Positions 31,401 to 40,930 of a DNA stretch of 64,000 nucleotides are shown piece after piece. Source of the DNA: Nostoc sp. (lineage in GTDB: Bacteria; Cyanobacteriota; Cyanobacteriia; Cyanobacteriales; Nostocaceae). The notes below the pieces were generated by a model. The model did not search any database, had not been told where the DNA came from, and saw only the letters and a program-made list of their open reading frames with translations. The stretch covers positions 128,001 to 192,000 of the forward strand of contig JBALDB010000067.1 of the NCBI GenBank assembly GCA_036918135.1, in the 5' to 3' direction. Each line of letters begins with the position of its first letter. Position 1 is the stretch's first letter. The position numbers and the translations under genes are program-made.

Positions 31401-33813
31401 AGAAATTGATTCATTAATCGGATTTTTTGTCAATGTTTTAGTCCTGCGTACAGACTTATCTGACGACCTGAGTTTTCAGGAGTTGTTAGCGCGGGTGAAG
31501 TCAACAGCTTTAGAGGCTTACGTTCATCAAGACTTACCTTTTGAGAAGTTAGTAGAAGAACTACAGCCAAATCGAGATTTGAGTTACAATCCATTATTTC
31601 AAGTGATGTTCGTTCTCCAAAATCTGCCAATATCAAATCCCAAACTGTCAGATGTCGCTGTTACTTATGAAGAAGATTACAACGGTACATCGAAGTTTGA
31701 TATAACATTGTTTATGGAGGATTCCAAGCAAGGATTAGTTGCAACTTGCGAGTACAACACAGATTTATTTAATGCAGATACTATTACTCGGATGTTGGGA
31801 CATTTGCAGACTTTATTAGAAAGTATAGTTAGCGATCCCCAACAGTGCATTTCAGATTTGCAATTACTTACACCATTTCAAGTACAGCAGTTATTAGTTG
31901 AGTGGAATGATACGAAAACAGATTATCCTCAAGATAAGTGCATTCATCAGTTATTTGAAGAACAAGTAGAGAAAACACCAAATGCAGTAGCAGTAGTATT
32001 TGAATCAGAGCAATTAACCTATCGAGAGTTGAATAACCGAGCAAATCAACTAGCACACTACCTGCAAGAACTGGGAGTAAAACCAGAGGTATTAGTGGGG
32101 ATTTGTGTGGAGCGCTCTCTAGAGATGGCGATCGGGCTATTAGCTATTCTCAAAGCAGGTGGGGCATATATACCGCTAGATCCAATGTACCCACCAGAAC
32201 GGTTAACTTTCATGCTAGAGAATGCCAATATCTTCGTCTTATTGACTCACAAATGCCTAGCGGATAAGTTATCAGAGTATAAAGGCTATGTAATTTGTTT
32301 GGACACAGATTCGGAAGCCATAGCCCAACAAAGCCAAGAAAATCAAGTCAGTGGTGTCACACCAGACAATTTAATCTATGCGATCTACACATCTGGGTCA
32401 ACAGGAAAACCTAAAGGGGCAGGAGTCTACCAACGAAGCTTTACCAATCTGCTGAATTGGTTTGTAACAGAATTTAATCTGACCAGCAGCGATCGCGTTT
32501 TACTCATATCTTCTTTAAGTTTCGATTTGACGCAAAAGAATATTTACGCCCCTCTACTCGTGGGAGGTGAGTTGCATCTTTTGTCATCCGGATGCTACGA
32601 CGCAGCACAAATCGTTGAGTCGGTCTGTGACAAGCAAATAACATGGCTCAACTGCACTCCGAGCGCCTTTTATCCATTGATAGATCGAGGCGATCGAAGT
32701 TTGTCTATGAAGAAGACGCTGAGGTATGTATTTTTGGGTGGTGAACCTATTTCGATATCTAGGCTAAAGCTATGGCTCGATCGTGTTCCCTGCAAAACAC
32801 AAATTGTAAACACTTACGGCCCAACCGAGTGTACAGACATTTGCGCGGCTTATCGGGTAACTCAACCAGAACAATTGTTAGAAAAAGTAGTACCGATTGG
32901 GAAGCCGATTCATAATGCCAAAGTATACGTGTTAGATGGAAATCTCAAGCCTTTACCGATGGGTATGGTAGGTGAACTCTATGTTGGTGGTGAAGGAGTC
33001 GGACGAGGCTATATCAATAATTTAGATCTGACTTTAGCTAAGTTTGTTTGCAATCCTTTCAGCCTCAAACCAGGCGCATGGCTATACAAAAGCGGGGATT
33101 TGGCTCGTTATTTAAGTGATGGTAATATCGAGTTTCTCGGTCGGATTGATAACCAGGTGAAGATTCGCGGTTTTCGGATCGAACTTGAAGAAATTGAAGT
33201 AATCATTAGTCAACACCCAGCAGTCAAGGCGAGTGTGGTTGTAGTTAGTGAGGATGAATCAGGTTTTAAGCGTTTGGTAGCGTATCAAGTCCTTCACCCA
33301 GAACAATCACTGACAGTTAGTGAGTTGCGCTGCTTCTTACAGTCTAAGTTGCCGAACTACATGATACCAAATGCCTTGGTAATACTAGAGGTACTGCCAC
33401 TAACCCCCAACGGCAAGATTGATAGGCGATCGCTACCTGCACCAGAAACTCTTGACTTAGAGTTAGAAGTTGCTTATGTGATGCCACAAACCCAGATGGA
33501 ACGAACCATCGCTACTGTTTGGCAAGATGTCTTACATGTGGAAAAGGTGGGCGTAAATGACAATTTCTTTGAAATCGGTGGTCATTCATTATTAATGGTT
33601 CAAGTCAATAGCAAATTACAAGAAGTTTTGCAAAGAGATTTATCAGTTGTAGAAATGTTTCAGAATCCAACTGTAAATTCCCTAGCACAATATTTAAATC
33701 AAAAACAACAACTTTCTTTTACAGGAACACGCGATCGCGCCAATAAGCAAATTGAGGCCATCAATCGCCAAAAGCAATTATTGAGCAAACAAAATAAAAA
33801 GAATTATGAATAA
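28417..33813 (+). CDS. NRPS starter: FAAL-ACP-C-A-PCP
   Basis: FAAL motifs AFLQYTSGSTG, SWLPVYHDMGL, YPCYGMAEATL; ACP LGLDSL; C HHIIADGWS; A YTSGSTGKPKG; PCP GGHSL. Confidence 0.95.
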   Translation: MTQIINKFSQTPPQRATIVDILRDRSLKMPHTQAFTFLEDGETIELTLTYQELDRRSRAVGAQLQALGLSGERAILLYPPGLDYLIAFFGCLYAGVVAVPAYPPRNQRNTPRIQAITIDAQASIALTTTAMLPALQSIVIPQTKQGNFRWLTTDNIAQGLEDSWKQSAINGDTLAFLQYTSGSTGTPKGVMLTHGNLLHNAAVTYQMMEHSPNSKFVSWLPVYHDMGLIGGILQPLYGGFGCILMSPAAFLQRPYRWLQAISRYKGTTSGGPNFAYQQCIQRITSQQKETLDLSSWSVAFNGAEPVRQETLEQFATTFAECGFRPEAFYPCYGMAEATLIVSGGSKTALAQVKTVEKSALSHNQIVEATTHQDIQSFVSCGKAIPQQEIVIVNPELTRCSSDEVGEIWVSGPCVGQGYWNRTEETKETFHAYLKDTGEGPFLRTGDLGFLHNRELFITGRVKDLIIIRGRNIYPQDIELSAQRSHSSLRSGANAAFTVEVNNEERLVLVQELEFRAKPNLAEVARAIRQAITEEHEVQIYAVVLIKPGTIPKTSSGKIQRRATRTQFQNDELNIVESDILKISDITRKPTQLQRSELLTLSPRECQPVLKSYLIELLAGVLSIAPDNINPQEPLSTLGLDSLKVFELKNRIEIDLEVEVSVADFFEGMNTLGLVTKLLAQITTAALPSLSLTQIEKNTSIHPLSFAQQGLWFINQLNPDTPTYNIPIVINFKGWINLAALQDSLNEIVRRHEVLRTSFTVVDGQPVQVINQAVPLTLQFEDLRSQSDSYGVSLNTNERTQEAQRLAREFAQQPFDLSAQSLLRTKILQLNEKSYQLLVTLHHIIADGWSIGILIKELAALYEAFSTGKLSLRDATRTPLPELPIQYRDFVNWQRKFLDSERIHRLLTYWKQKLQGELPVLNLPTDRPRQPFTTFNGAQAKLVLSQTLTKELKNLSRQQGVTLFMTLLTAFKTLLYRYTGQTDILVGSPIANRNKAEIDSLIGFFVNVLVLRTDLSDDLSFQELLARVKSTALEAYVHQDLPFEKLVEELQPNRDLSYNPLFQVMFVLQNLPISNPKLSDVAVTYEEDYNGTSKFDITLFMEDSKQGLVATCEYNTDLFNADTITRMLGHLQTLLESIVSDPQQCISDLQLLTPFQVQQLLVEWNDTKTDYPQDKCIHQLFEEQVEKTPNAVAVVFESEQLTYRELNNRANQLAHYLQELGVKPEVLVGICVERSLEMAIGLLAILKAGGAYIPLDPMYPPERLTFMLENANIFVLLTHKCLADKLSEYKGYVICLDTDSEAIAQQSQENQVSGVTPDNLIYAIYTSGSTGKPKGAGVYQRSFTNLLNWFVTEFNLTSSDRVLLISSLSFDLTQKNIYAPLLVGGELHLLSSGCYDAAQIVESVCDKQITWLNCTPSAFYPLIDRGDRSLSMKKTLRYVFLGGEPISISRLKLWLDRVPCKTQIVNTYGPTECTDICAAYRVTQPEQLLEKVVPIGKPIHNAKVYVLDGNLKPLPMGMVGELYVGGEGVGRGYINNLDLTLAKFVCNPFSLKPGAWLYKSGDLARYLSDGNIEFLGRIDNQVKIRGFRIELEEIEVIISQHPAVKASVVVVSEDESGFKRLVAYQVLHPEQSLTVSELRCFLQSKLPNYMIPNALVILEVLPLTPNGKIDRRSLPAPETLDLELEVAYVMPQTQMERTIATVWQDVLHVEKVGVNDNFFEIGGHSLLMVQVNSKLQEVLQRDLSVVEMFQNPTVNSLAQYLNQKQQLSFTGTRDRANKQIEAINRQKQLLSKQNKKNYE

Positions 33814-36800
33814 CGTTACAAATTCTCATCTTTTAGAAGGTATTGCTGTTATTGGAATGGCTGGGCGCTTTCCTGATGCTAAGAATGTTTTTAGTTTTTG
33901 GCAGAATTTATCTAATGGAGTTGAGTCAATTTCGGCGTTTACAGATGAAGAATTAATCGCCTCTGGAGTTTCACCAGAACTACTCAACAATCCTAATTAT
34001 TTAAAAGTTGGAGCTATATTAGAAAATATCGATTTCTTCGATGCTACATTCTTTAGTTTTAATCCCAAAGAAGCAGAAATTACCGACCCGCAACATCGTT
34101 TGTTTTTAGAATGTGCATGGGAAGCACTAGAAAATGCTGGTTATGCTTCCCAAAGCTGTGAAAGTAGAATTGGTGTTTATGCTGGCGCTAGTTTAAATAA
34201 TTATCAATCATTTAATTTAAACCGCGACCAAATTGGGTCGGCGAATACTTTCCAAAAAATGATTGGTAATGATAAAGATTTCCTTGCTACTCGTGTTTCC
34301 TATAAATTAAATCTTACAGGCCCAAGTCTGACGGTACAAACTGCTTGTTCTACCTCCTTGGTGGCAACTTCTTTAGCTTGTCAAAGCTTATTGAATTATC
34401 AGTGTGACATGGCTTTGGCTGGGGGAGTATCTGTTCGTATTCCTCAAAAAACAGGGTATTTACATCAAGAAGGGGGAATTTTATCACCTGACGGTCACTG
34501 TCGCGCCTTTGATGCCAAAGCAAGAGGAACAATTATTGGTAATGGTGCCGGAGTAGTGGTTTTAAAGCGGTTAGCTGAGGCGATCGCCGATGGTGACAAT
34601 ATATATGCTGTAATCAAAGGTAGTGCTGTAAATAATGATGGCTCTGGTAAAGTAGGTTACACAGCACCTAGTGTGAACGGACAAGCTCAAGTGATTGCAG
34701 AGGCACTTGCTCTAGCAGATGTGGAACCCGAAACGATTAACTATATAGAAACTCACGGTTCGGGAACTGTCTTAGGCGATCCGATTGAAATTTCTGCTTT
34801 AACCAACGTTTTTCGTGAAAGTACTCATAAAAAAGGATTTTGTGCAATTGGTTCAGTGAAAACGAATATCGGTCATTTGGATGCAGCAGCAGGAGTTACA
34901 AGTTTAATTAAAACCGTTTTGGCTCTCAAACATCAACAAATTCCCCCCAGCTTAAATTTTGAAGAACCAAATCCAGAAATTGATTTTGCCAATAGTCCTT
35001 TTTACGTCAACACCAAGCTGAGAGAATGGCAAACTACTGATACTCCTCGGCGTGCAGGTGTGAGTTCTTTGGGTATAGGTGGGACTAATGCTCACGTCAT
35101 TTTAGAAGAAGCCCCAACCCTGCCAGAATCTAGTCCTTCTCGTCCTTGGCAGTTATTGGTACTTTCAGCCAAAACAGACTCAGCATTAAAAAGCGCTACT
35201 GTCAATCTGGCAGATTATCTCAAACAGCATCCCGATTTAAACCTTGCAGATATTGCTTATACGTTGCAGTGTGGACGACAAGTTTTTGAGCATCGCCAGA
35301 CAGTTGTCTGTCAAGATATTGTAGATGCGATCGCCGCACTTGCAGATCCAAAGCGCTTACTTAACAATGTTCAACAAACTGAAGAACGTCCCCTAGCCTT
35401 TATGTTTCCAGGGCTTGGTACTCAATATGTCAACATGACTGTTGAACTTTACCAAGTTGAACCGACATTTCGCCAAAAAATTGACTATTGTTGTGAATTT
35501 CTCAAACCGCTTCTTGGTCAAGATTTGCGAGATGTCCTCTATCCCAGTAGAAACAGTGAAAATCACACTCAGCAAAAAAGCACTCTGGGCACTGGGTTAG
35601 ATTTGCGAAAAATGTTAGGTCGTGGCGTTGAACAAGCAGATATAGCCACTGAAAAACTCAATCAAACCGCTCTAACTCAGCCAGCTATTTTTGTGATTGA
35701 GTACGCCTTGGCGCAGTTGTGGATGTCATGGGGAATTCGTCCTACGGCAATGATTGGCTACAGCATCGGTGAATACGTTGCGGCTACCTTGGCAGGAGTG
35801 TTGTCTGTTGAAGATGCTTTAACTCTTGTCGCTAAAAGAGCGCAAATGATTCAGGAATTACCAAGTGGCGCAATGTTGGCTGTCCCCCTTTCGGAAGAAG
35901 AGGTGCGTCCCTTGTTGAATGAGAATCTTTGTTTGTCAGCAATCAACGGTTCGCAACAGTGCGTAATTGCTGGCGTTATAGAGGCTGTGGATGAATTAGA
36001 AAGCAAGTTGACTCAAAGAGGATTAGCCTGTCGGCGTTTGCAAACTTCCCATGCTTTTCATTCAAACATGATGGATGCGATCGCCCAACCATTCACCAAC
36101 TTAGTAAAAACTCTTAATCTCCAGCCACCCAAAATTCCCTATTTATCTAACGTCACGGGAAACTGGATTACAGCAGCCGAAGCGACAAATCCCACATACT
36201 GGACAAAGCATCTATGTGAACCTGTGCGTTTTGCAGATGGAATTCAACAATTGGAGAAAAAACAAAATCCGATTCTCTTGGAGGTGGGAGCAGGACAAAC
36301 GCTCAGCAGTTTAGCTTTACAGTGTTTGGATAACGGCTTTTCTACAGGTCGAGTCGTACTCCCCTCGCTGAAGCATTCCTACGAGCGACAGCCAGATTTG
36401 GCTTTCTTGCTTAAAACATTAGGTCAGTTGTGGCTCTCAGGAGTGCAGATTGATTGGTCGGGCTTTTATGCTGCCGAGCGCCGTTATCGCCTTCCCTTAC
36501 CAACTTATCCCTTTGAGCGCCAACGTTACTGGATTGAACCGCAAACATTATCTTCACCTCAGCAGTTCCACCCCAGAGTGACAGCATCAGAGCTTTGGAA
36601 GTCTCTGGTAGAAGCTGCTCAGATGCAAGCGATTCAAGGGAGTTTGGAATTTGACGACCAGACTTATCGAGCAAACAAACAATGCTTAGATAGTTTATGT
36701 ACTGCTTACATGAGCTTTGCTCTGAAGCGTTTAGGTGCATTTAGCGATTCAGCCAAAAAGTATTCTATTGAGGAATTATTCGAGCAATCTTCTATTATTC

Positions 36801-39655
36801 CTAAATATCGTGAATTGTTGTCTAGGTGGTTGGAAGTACTAGTAGAGCAAGGTCAGTTACAGCAAGAGCAGGGCCTATTTACCAACTTTTTACCATCGTC
36901 AACAGAGGATATCAATACTCTTTTAGAAGAAGTCAGAGTCAGATGGGCAGATACACCTCAAAATATTAACTTGATCCAAATCTTTGGTGAAAATCTGGTA
37001 GCTGTGCTGACTGGTGAAAAAGAACCATTGGAGTTACACGTTGCCACATTAGTCAACCAAGGAGAAATTTCTCGACAAAATTTGCCCTCTGAAGTTTACT
37101 TAAGAGGCATTATGCGGGCAATGCTGCAAAAGCTGACAACAACTTTACCAGCAGACGCGAACCTGAGAATTTTAGAAATCGGCGGTGGAACTGGGATTGC
37201 TACAGAGGAATTACTACCTGTGCTATCATCCCCGCACGCAAACTATACTTTTACCGATGTCGGTGGTTTTTTCGTCAAAGAAGCCAAAAATAAGTTTAGT
37301 GTGTATCCTTTTGTGGAATATGGCTTACTAGACATCGAGCGATCGCCACAACAGCAGGGTTACAATAGCCACAGCTTTGATGTGGTGGTAGCTGTAAATG
37401 TATTGCACATAGCCCGCAACATCGAACAAACCCTAGAGCATGTTCGTTCTTTATTAGCTCCTGGAGGCTTCTTACTGCTGTGGGAAATTACTCAACCTAG
37501 ACCAGAGTCGGACATGATTGATGCTCTGATCATGAATCCCATAGAAGATGAAACAGGCAGCCGCAACATGGCTAATCCATTTTTATCAAAGGAGCAGTGG
37601 CAAGAAGCCCTGAAATCCTGTGGTTTTGTTGAGGTGGCAGCTTTCTCTGAATTTGAAGCCTTTGGCGAACATGTGTTTATTGCTCAGGTTGCTGACTCAA
37701 CAGGATTATCAGCACCAGCAGCATTTACAACTTTAGTCAATGGCAAGGTTGACAAGCTGCCTCAAGTCTTGTCAGATAAAAAGCCGGACATTGCTGACTG
37801 GTTCTATATCCCATCCTGGAAACGCTCAATGCCACCTCAGCCTTTTAAATTGACTCTGCCAAGATGCTGGTTAGTATTTGTCGATGAGTGCGGCTTGGGT
37901 GCCCAAGTAGTGAAGCGACTCCAACTTGAAAACCAGAATGTTATTACCGTCAAGAAGGGAGAGCAATTTAGCAATCAGAGCAAATCTTCTCCAGATGTAG
38001 GTGGTCAACAATACACAATCAATCCTCGACAACAGGATGACTACCATACCCTACTCAAAAAACTTCGCACCCTAGATTTAACCCCCTCAACAATTGTTTA
38101 TTTATGGAGTGTTACACCGCCCGATCGCTTAGAATTAGAACTTGAATCCGTAGACTCCCAAGACTTAGACTTTTACAGTTTGCTATTTCTAGCCCAGGCA
38201 ATTGGAGAACAAAATCTCACAGATTCCCTGGAAATTGCAATTGTGTCAAATAATATGCAGGAATTAACAGGCCAAGAGACGCTGTCTCCGGAAAAAGCAC
38301 TAGTTCTCGGGCCTTGTAAAATTATTCCGTTGGAGTATCCAAATATCAACTGTTGTAGTATTGATGTCGTTCTTCCTGAAGTTCAAAGTTGGCAAGGGGA
38401 TAAACTCGTAGACCAACTACTGAACGAGCTACATACTCAACCATCTGAGCAGATTATCGCTTACCGGGGCAATCATCGCTGGGTACAGACCTTTGAGCCA
38501 ATTCGACTGGATGAAACTGTTGAAGGACAAACACGCTTGAGGGAAGGAGGAGTCTATCTAATTACGGGTGGATTAGGAGGCGTTGGTCTAGTGTTGGCAG
38601 AGTTTTTAGCACAGACCGTCAAAGCAAAACTGATACTGACTGGACGTTCGGCTTTTCCCGATCGCCACGAGTGGTCACAATGGCTATCCACTCACGATGA
38701 ATCCGACAGTATCAGCTGTAAAATCCGAAAATTACAAGCGATCGAGGCGTTGGGTGCAGAGGTATTGTTAGTCAGCGCTGATATTGCCAACCTCGAACAA
38801 ATGTCGGGTGCGATCGCTCAGGCAAATAATCGATTTGGTCAAATTCATGGCGTAATTCATACCGCAGTAGTTCCAGGGGGAGGTCTGATTCAACTCAAAA
38901 CAAAAGCAGCAGCAGCAAATGCTCTTGCACCGAAAGTCAAGGGAACACGAATCCTCGATATTCTCTTTAAGAATGCCAAACTGGATTTCTTTGTACTCTG
39001 TTCATCAAGTAGTACATTTCATCCTGTAGCGGGTATGGTAGACTACATTGCTGAAAATGCCTTTCTTGATGCGTTCGCTCACTACAGTGTCTCTAAATAC
39101 GGCAAGTTTACCAGAGCCATTGACTGGGATAGATGGAGCAATTTAGGAACCGCAGTAGCTGTTGAAGCACGGTATAAAGCTCTAATACAGAAAGAGATTG
39201 CGCCAGGAATGATACCAGAAGAAGGCATTGAGGTATTTAAACGGATTCTCTTGAATAGCACAGTGCCTCAAATAGTTGTATCAACGCAGGATTTACAGAT
39301 TGAGATTGAGCAGAAATTTTCCTTAGAAGTCTTAAAGAAAACTAACATATCCAAATCGGCATACCAAAGACCCCAACTCAGAAATGCTTATGTTGCTCCT
39401 ACCAGTGAGAGTGAGTCCAAGATTGCTGATATCTATCAAGAGTTATTAGGAATTGAGCAGGTAGGCATTCATGACAACTTCTTTGAGTTAGGAGGAGACT
39501 CCTTAATCGGAACCGTACTAATTTCTCAGCTTCGGAAAAACTTCCAGGTAGAACTATCTGTTCGTTGCCTCTTTGAAGCACCCTCTGTATTTGAATTGGC
39601 TTTAGTTATTGAAGAAACCATCATTGAAGAGTTAGAAAAATTATCTGAAGTTTAA
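33806..39655 (+). CDS. Type I PKS module KS-AT-MT-KR-ACP
   Basis: KS QTACSTS, HGSGT, NIGHLD; AT GYSIG and HAFH; MT LEIGGGTG and NVLH; KR GGLGGVG; ACP GGDSL; overlaps the upstream stop. Confidence 0.95.
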   Translation: MNNVTNSHLLEGIAVIGMAGRFPDAKNVFSFWQNLSNGVESISAFTDEELIASGVSPELLNNPNYLKVGAILENIDFFDATFFSFNPKEAEITDPQHRLFLECAWEALENAGYASQSCESRIGVYAGASLNNYQSFNLNRDQIGSANTFQKMIGNDKDFLATRVSYKLNLTGPSLTVQTACSTSLVATSLACQSLLNYQCDMALAGGVSVRIPQKTGYLHQEGGILSPDGHCRAFDAKARGTIIGNGAGVVVLKRLAEAIADGDNIYAVIKGSAVNNDGSGKVGYTAPSVNGQAQVIAEALALADVEPETINYIETHGSGTVLGDPIEISALTNVFRESTHKKGFCAIGSVKTNIGHLDAAAGVTSLIKTVLALKHQQIPPSLNFEEPNPEIDFANSPFYVNTKLREWQTTDTPRRAGVSSLGIGGTNAHVILEEAPTLPESSPSRPWQLLVLSAKTDSALKSATVNLADYLKQHPDLNLADIAYTLQCGRQVFEHRQTVVCQDIVDAIAALADPKRLLNNVQQTEERPLAFMFPGLGTQYVNMTVELYQVEPTFRQKIDYCCEFLKPLLGQDLRDVLYPSRNSENHTQQKSTLGTGLDLRKMLGRGVEQADIATEKLNQTALTQPAIFVIEYALAQLWMSWGIRPTAMIGYSIGEYVAATLAGVLSVEDALTLVAKRAQMIQELPSGAMLAVPLSEEEVRPLLNENLCLSAINGSQQCVIAGVIEAVDELESKLTQRGLACRRLQTSHAFHSNMMDAIAQPFTNLVKTLNLQPPKIPYLSNVTGNWITAAEATNPTYWTKHLCEPVRFADGIQQLEKKQNPILLEVGAGQTLSSLALQCLDNGFSTGRVVLPSLKHSYERQPDLAFLLKTLGQLWLSGVQIDWSGFYAAERRYRLPLPTYPFERQRYWIEPQTLSSPQQFHPRVTASELWKSLVEAAQMQAIQGSLEFDDQTYRANKQCLDSLCTAYMSFALKRLGAFSDSAKKYSIEELFEQSSIIPKYRELLSRWLEVLVEQGQLQQEQGLFTNFLPSSTEDINTLLEEVRVRWADTPQNINLIQIFGENLVAVLTGEKEPLELHVATLVNQGEISRQNLPSEVYLRGIMRAMLQKLTTTLPADANLRILEIGGGTGIATEELLPVLSSPHANYTFTDVGGFFVKEAKNKFSVYPFVEYGLLDIERSPQQQGYNSHSFDVVVAVNVLHIARNIEQTLEHVRSLLAPGGFLLLWEITQPRPESDMIDALIMNPIEDETGSRNMANPFLSKEQWQEALKSCGFVEVAAFSEFEAFGEHVFIAQVADSTGLSAPAAFTTLVNGKVDKLPQVLSDKKPDIADWFYIPSWKRSMPPQPFKLTLPRCWLVFVDECGLGAQVVKRLQLENQNVITVKKGEQFSNQSKSSPDVGGQQYTINPRQQDDYHTLLKKLRTLDLTPSTIVYLWSVTPPDRLELELESVDSQDLDFYSLLFLAQAIGEQNLTDSLEIAIVSNNMQELTGQETLSPEKALVLGPCKIIPLEYPNINCCSIDVVLPEVQSWQGDKLVDQLLNELHTQPSEQIIAYRGNHRWVQTFEPIRLDETVEGQTRLREGGVYLITGGLGGVGLVLAEFLAQTVKAKLILTGRSAFPDRHEWSQWLSTHDESDSISCKIRKLQAIEALGAEVLLVSADIANLEQMSGAIAQANNRFGQIHGVIHTAVVPGGGLIQLKTKAAAANALAPKVKGTRILDILFKNAKLDFFVLCSSSSTFHPVAGMVDYIAENAFLDAFAHYSVSKYGKFTRAIDWDRWSNLGTAVAVEARYKALIQKEIAPGMIPEEGIEVFKRILLNSTVPQIVVSTQDLQIEIEQKFSLEVLKKTNISKSAYQRPQLRNAYVAPTSESESKIADIYQELLGIEQVGIHDNFFELGGDSLIGTVLISQLRKNFQVELSVRCLFEAPSVFELALVIEETIIEELEKLSEV

Positions 39656-39767
39656 GCTAATGTTAACTTTGAAAAATTAAGTTGCCACTTTGAATCATTG
39701 ACTATTTCTTAAACTAAATATTACGTACTTAAGTACAAAAACATGTAAATGAAGGTTAATTAAAATT

Positions 39768-40622
39768 ATGAATATTCAAACAGTAGGTGTTGTTGGTGCG
39801 GGGGTCATGGGAATAGGGGTTGCACAAAATCTGGCTCAAACAGGTCATCAAGTCTTTCTAGTAGATATTTTAGAAAATATCTTGGATAAAGCTAAATATG
39901 AAATCAGGAATAATATCCGCTTTCAGAGTTTTTTTAAAAAAAGTAATAACACAGAAACTCCAGATAGTATCCTCAGTAAAATAGAGTTTTCAACAAACTA
40001 TAAAATTTTAGATAATACAGATTTTGTTATAGAAAATGTCACTGAAAAATGGGATATTAAAAGAGAGGTATATCCTTTACTAGATTCTATTTGTTCGCCA
40101 AATTGCGTATTTGCCGCTAACACATCAGCTATTCCCATTACCCGCATTGCTTCAGTCACCAAACGTGCCGATAAAATTGTTGGGATACACTTTATGAATC
40201 CTGTACCAATGAAGCCGATGGTGGAGATGATTCGCGGGTATCATACCTCTGATGCAACAATTGAGACAGCAAAACAAATGTTAGCTCAGATGGGTAAAGA
40301 ATCGATAATTGTTAATGATGCACCAGGTTTTGTTTCTAACCGGGTGTTGATGTTAACTATTAACGAAGCTATTTTTCTATTGCAAGACCAAGTTGCTACA
40401 GCAGAAGATGTGGACAAAATCTTTAAAGGTTGTTTTGGTCACAAAATGGGGCCTTTAGAAACAGCAGATTTAATTGGTCTAGACACAATTTTGTTTTCTA
40501 TTGAAGTCTTGTATGAAAGCTTTAACGATAGCAAGTACAGACCATGCCCTTTACTCAAAAAAATGGTAGATGCAGGGTTGCATGGTAAAAAAACTGGTAA
40601 AGGTTTTTACGTGTATCAATAA
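39768..40622 (+). CDS. 3-hydroxyacyl-CoA dehydrogenase family, FkbK/ZmaG-like glyceryl-ACP dehydrogenase
   Basis: GVVGAGVMG, ANTSAI, GIHFMNP, GFVSNR; adjacent to ACP, acyl-CoA dehydrogenase and FkbH genes. Confidence 0.88.
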   Translation: MNIQTVGVVGAGVMGIGVAQNLAQTGHQVFLVDILENILDKAKYEIRNNIRFQSFFKKSNNTETPDSILSKIEFSTNYKILDNTDFVIENVTEKWDIKREVYPLLDSICSPNCVFAANTSAIPITRIASVTKRADKIVGIHFMNPVPMKPMVEMIRGYHTSDATIETAKQMLAQMGKESIIVNDAPGFVSNRVLMLTINEAIFLLQDQVATAEDVDKIFKGCFGHKMGPLETADLIGLDTILFSIEVLYESFNDSKYRPCPLLKKMVDAGLHGKKTGKGFYVYQ

Positions 40623-40641
40623 ATAGGGAATATTAAGAATA

Positions 40642-40890
40642 ATGAACGAAATTCAATCTAAAATCAAAACTTTTCTTTCCAAATTCTTTAGCAATTATGA
40701 TTTACAACCGAACGAAGACATTTTTGCTCTAGGTTTTGTCAATTCTATGTTTGCTATGCAACTTGTTTTGTTTGTAGAGCAAGAATTTCAGATTGCTATT
40801 GAAAACGAGGATTTAGAATTTGAAAATTTCCGTACAATCAACTCTATCGCCAATTTAGTCGAACGTAAAACTGCTGTTCTCGTGCAGTAA
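40642..40890 (+). CDS. Stand-alone ACP, FkbJ/ZmaD-like
   Basis: DIFALGFVNSMFAMQLVLFVE, the VNS-type phosphopantetheine site typical of extender-unit ACPs. Confidence 0.9.
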   Translation: MNEIQSKIKTFLSKFFSNYDLQPNEDIFALGFVNSMFAMQLVLFVEQEFQIAIENEDLEFENFRTINSIANLVERKTAVLVQ

Positions 40891-40930
40891 TTAAATAAAA
40901 GTTGCCATTTGATGCGGCAGAAATAGTATT

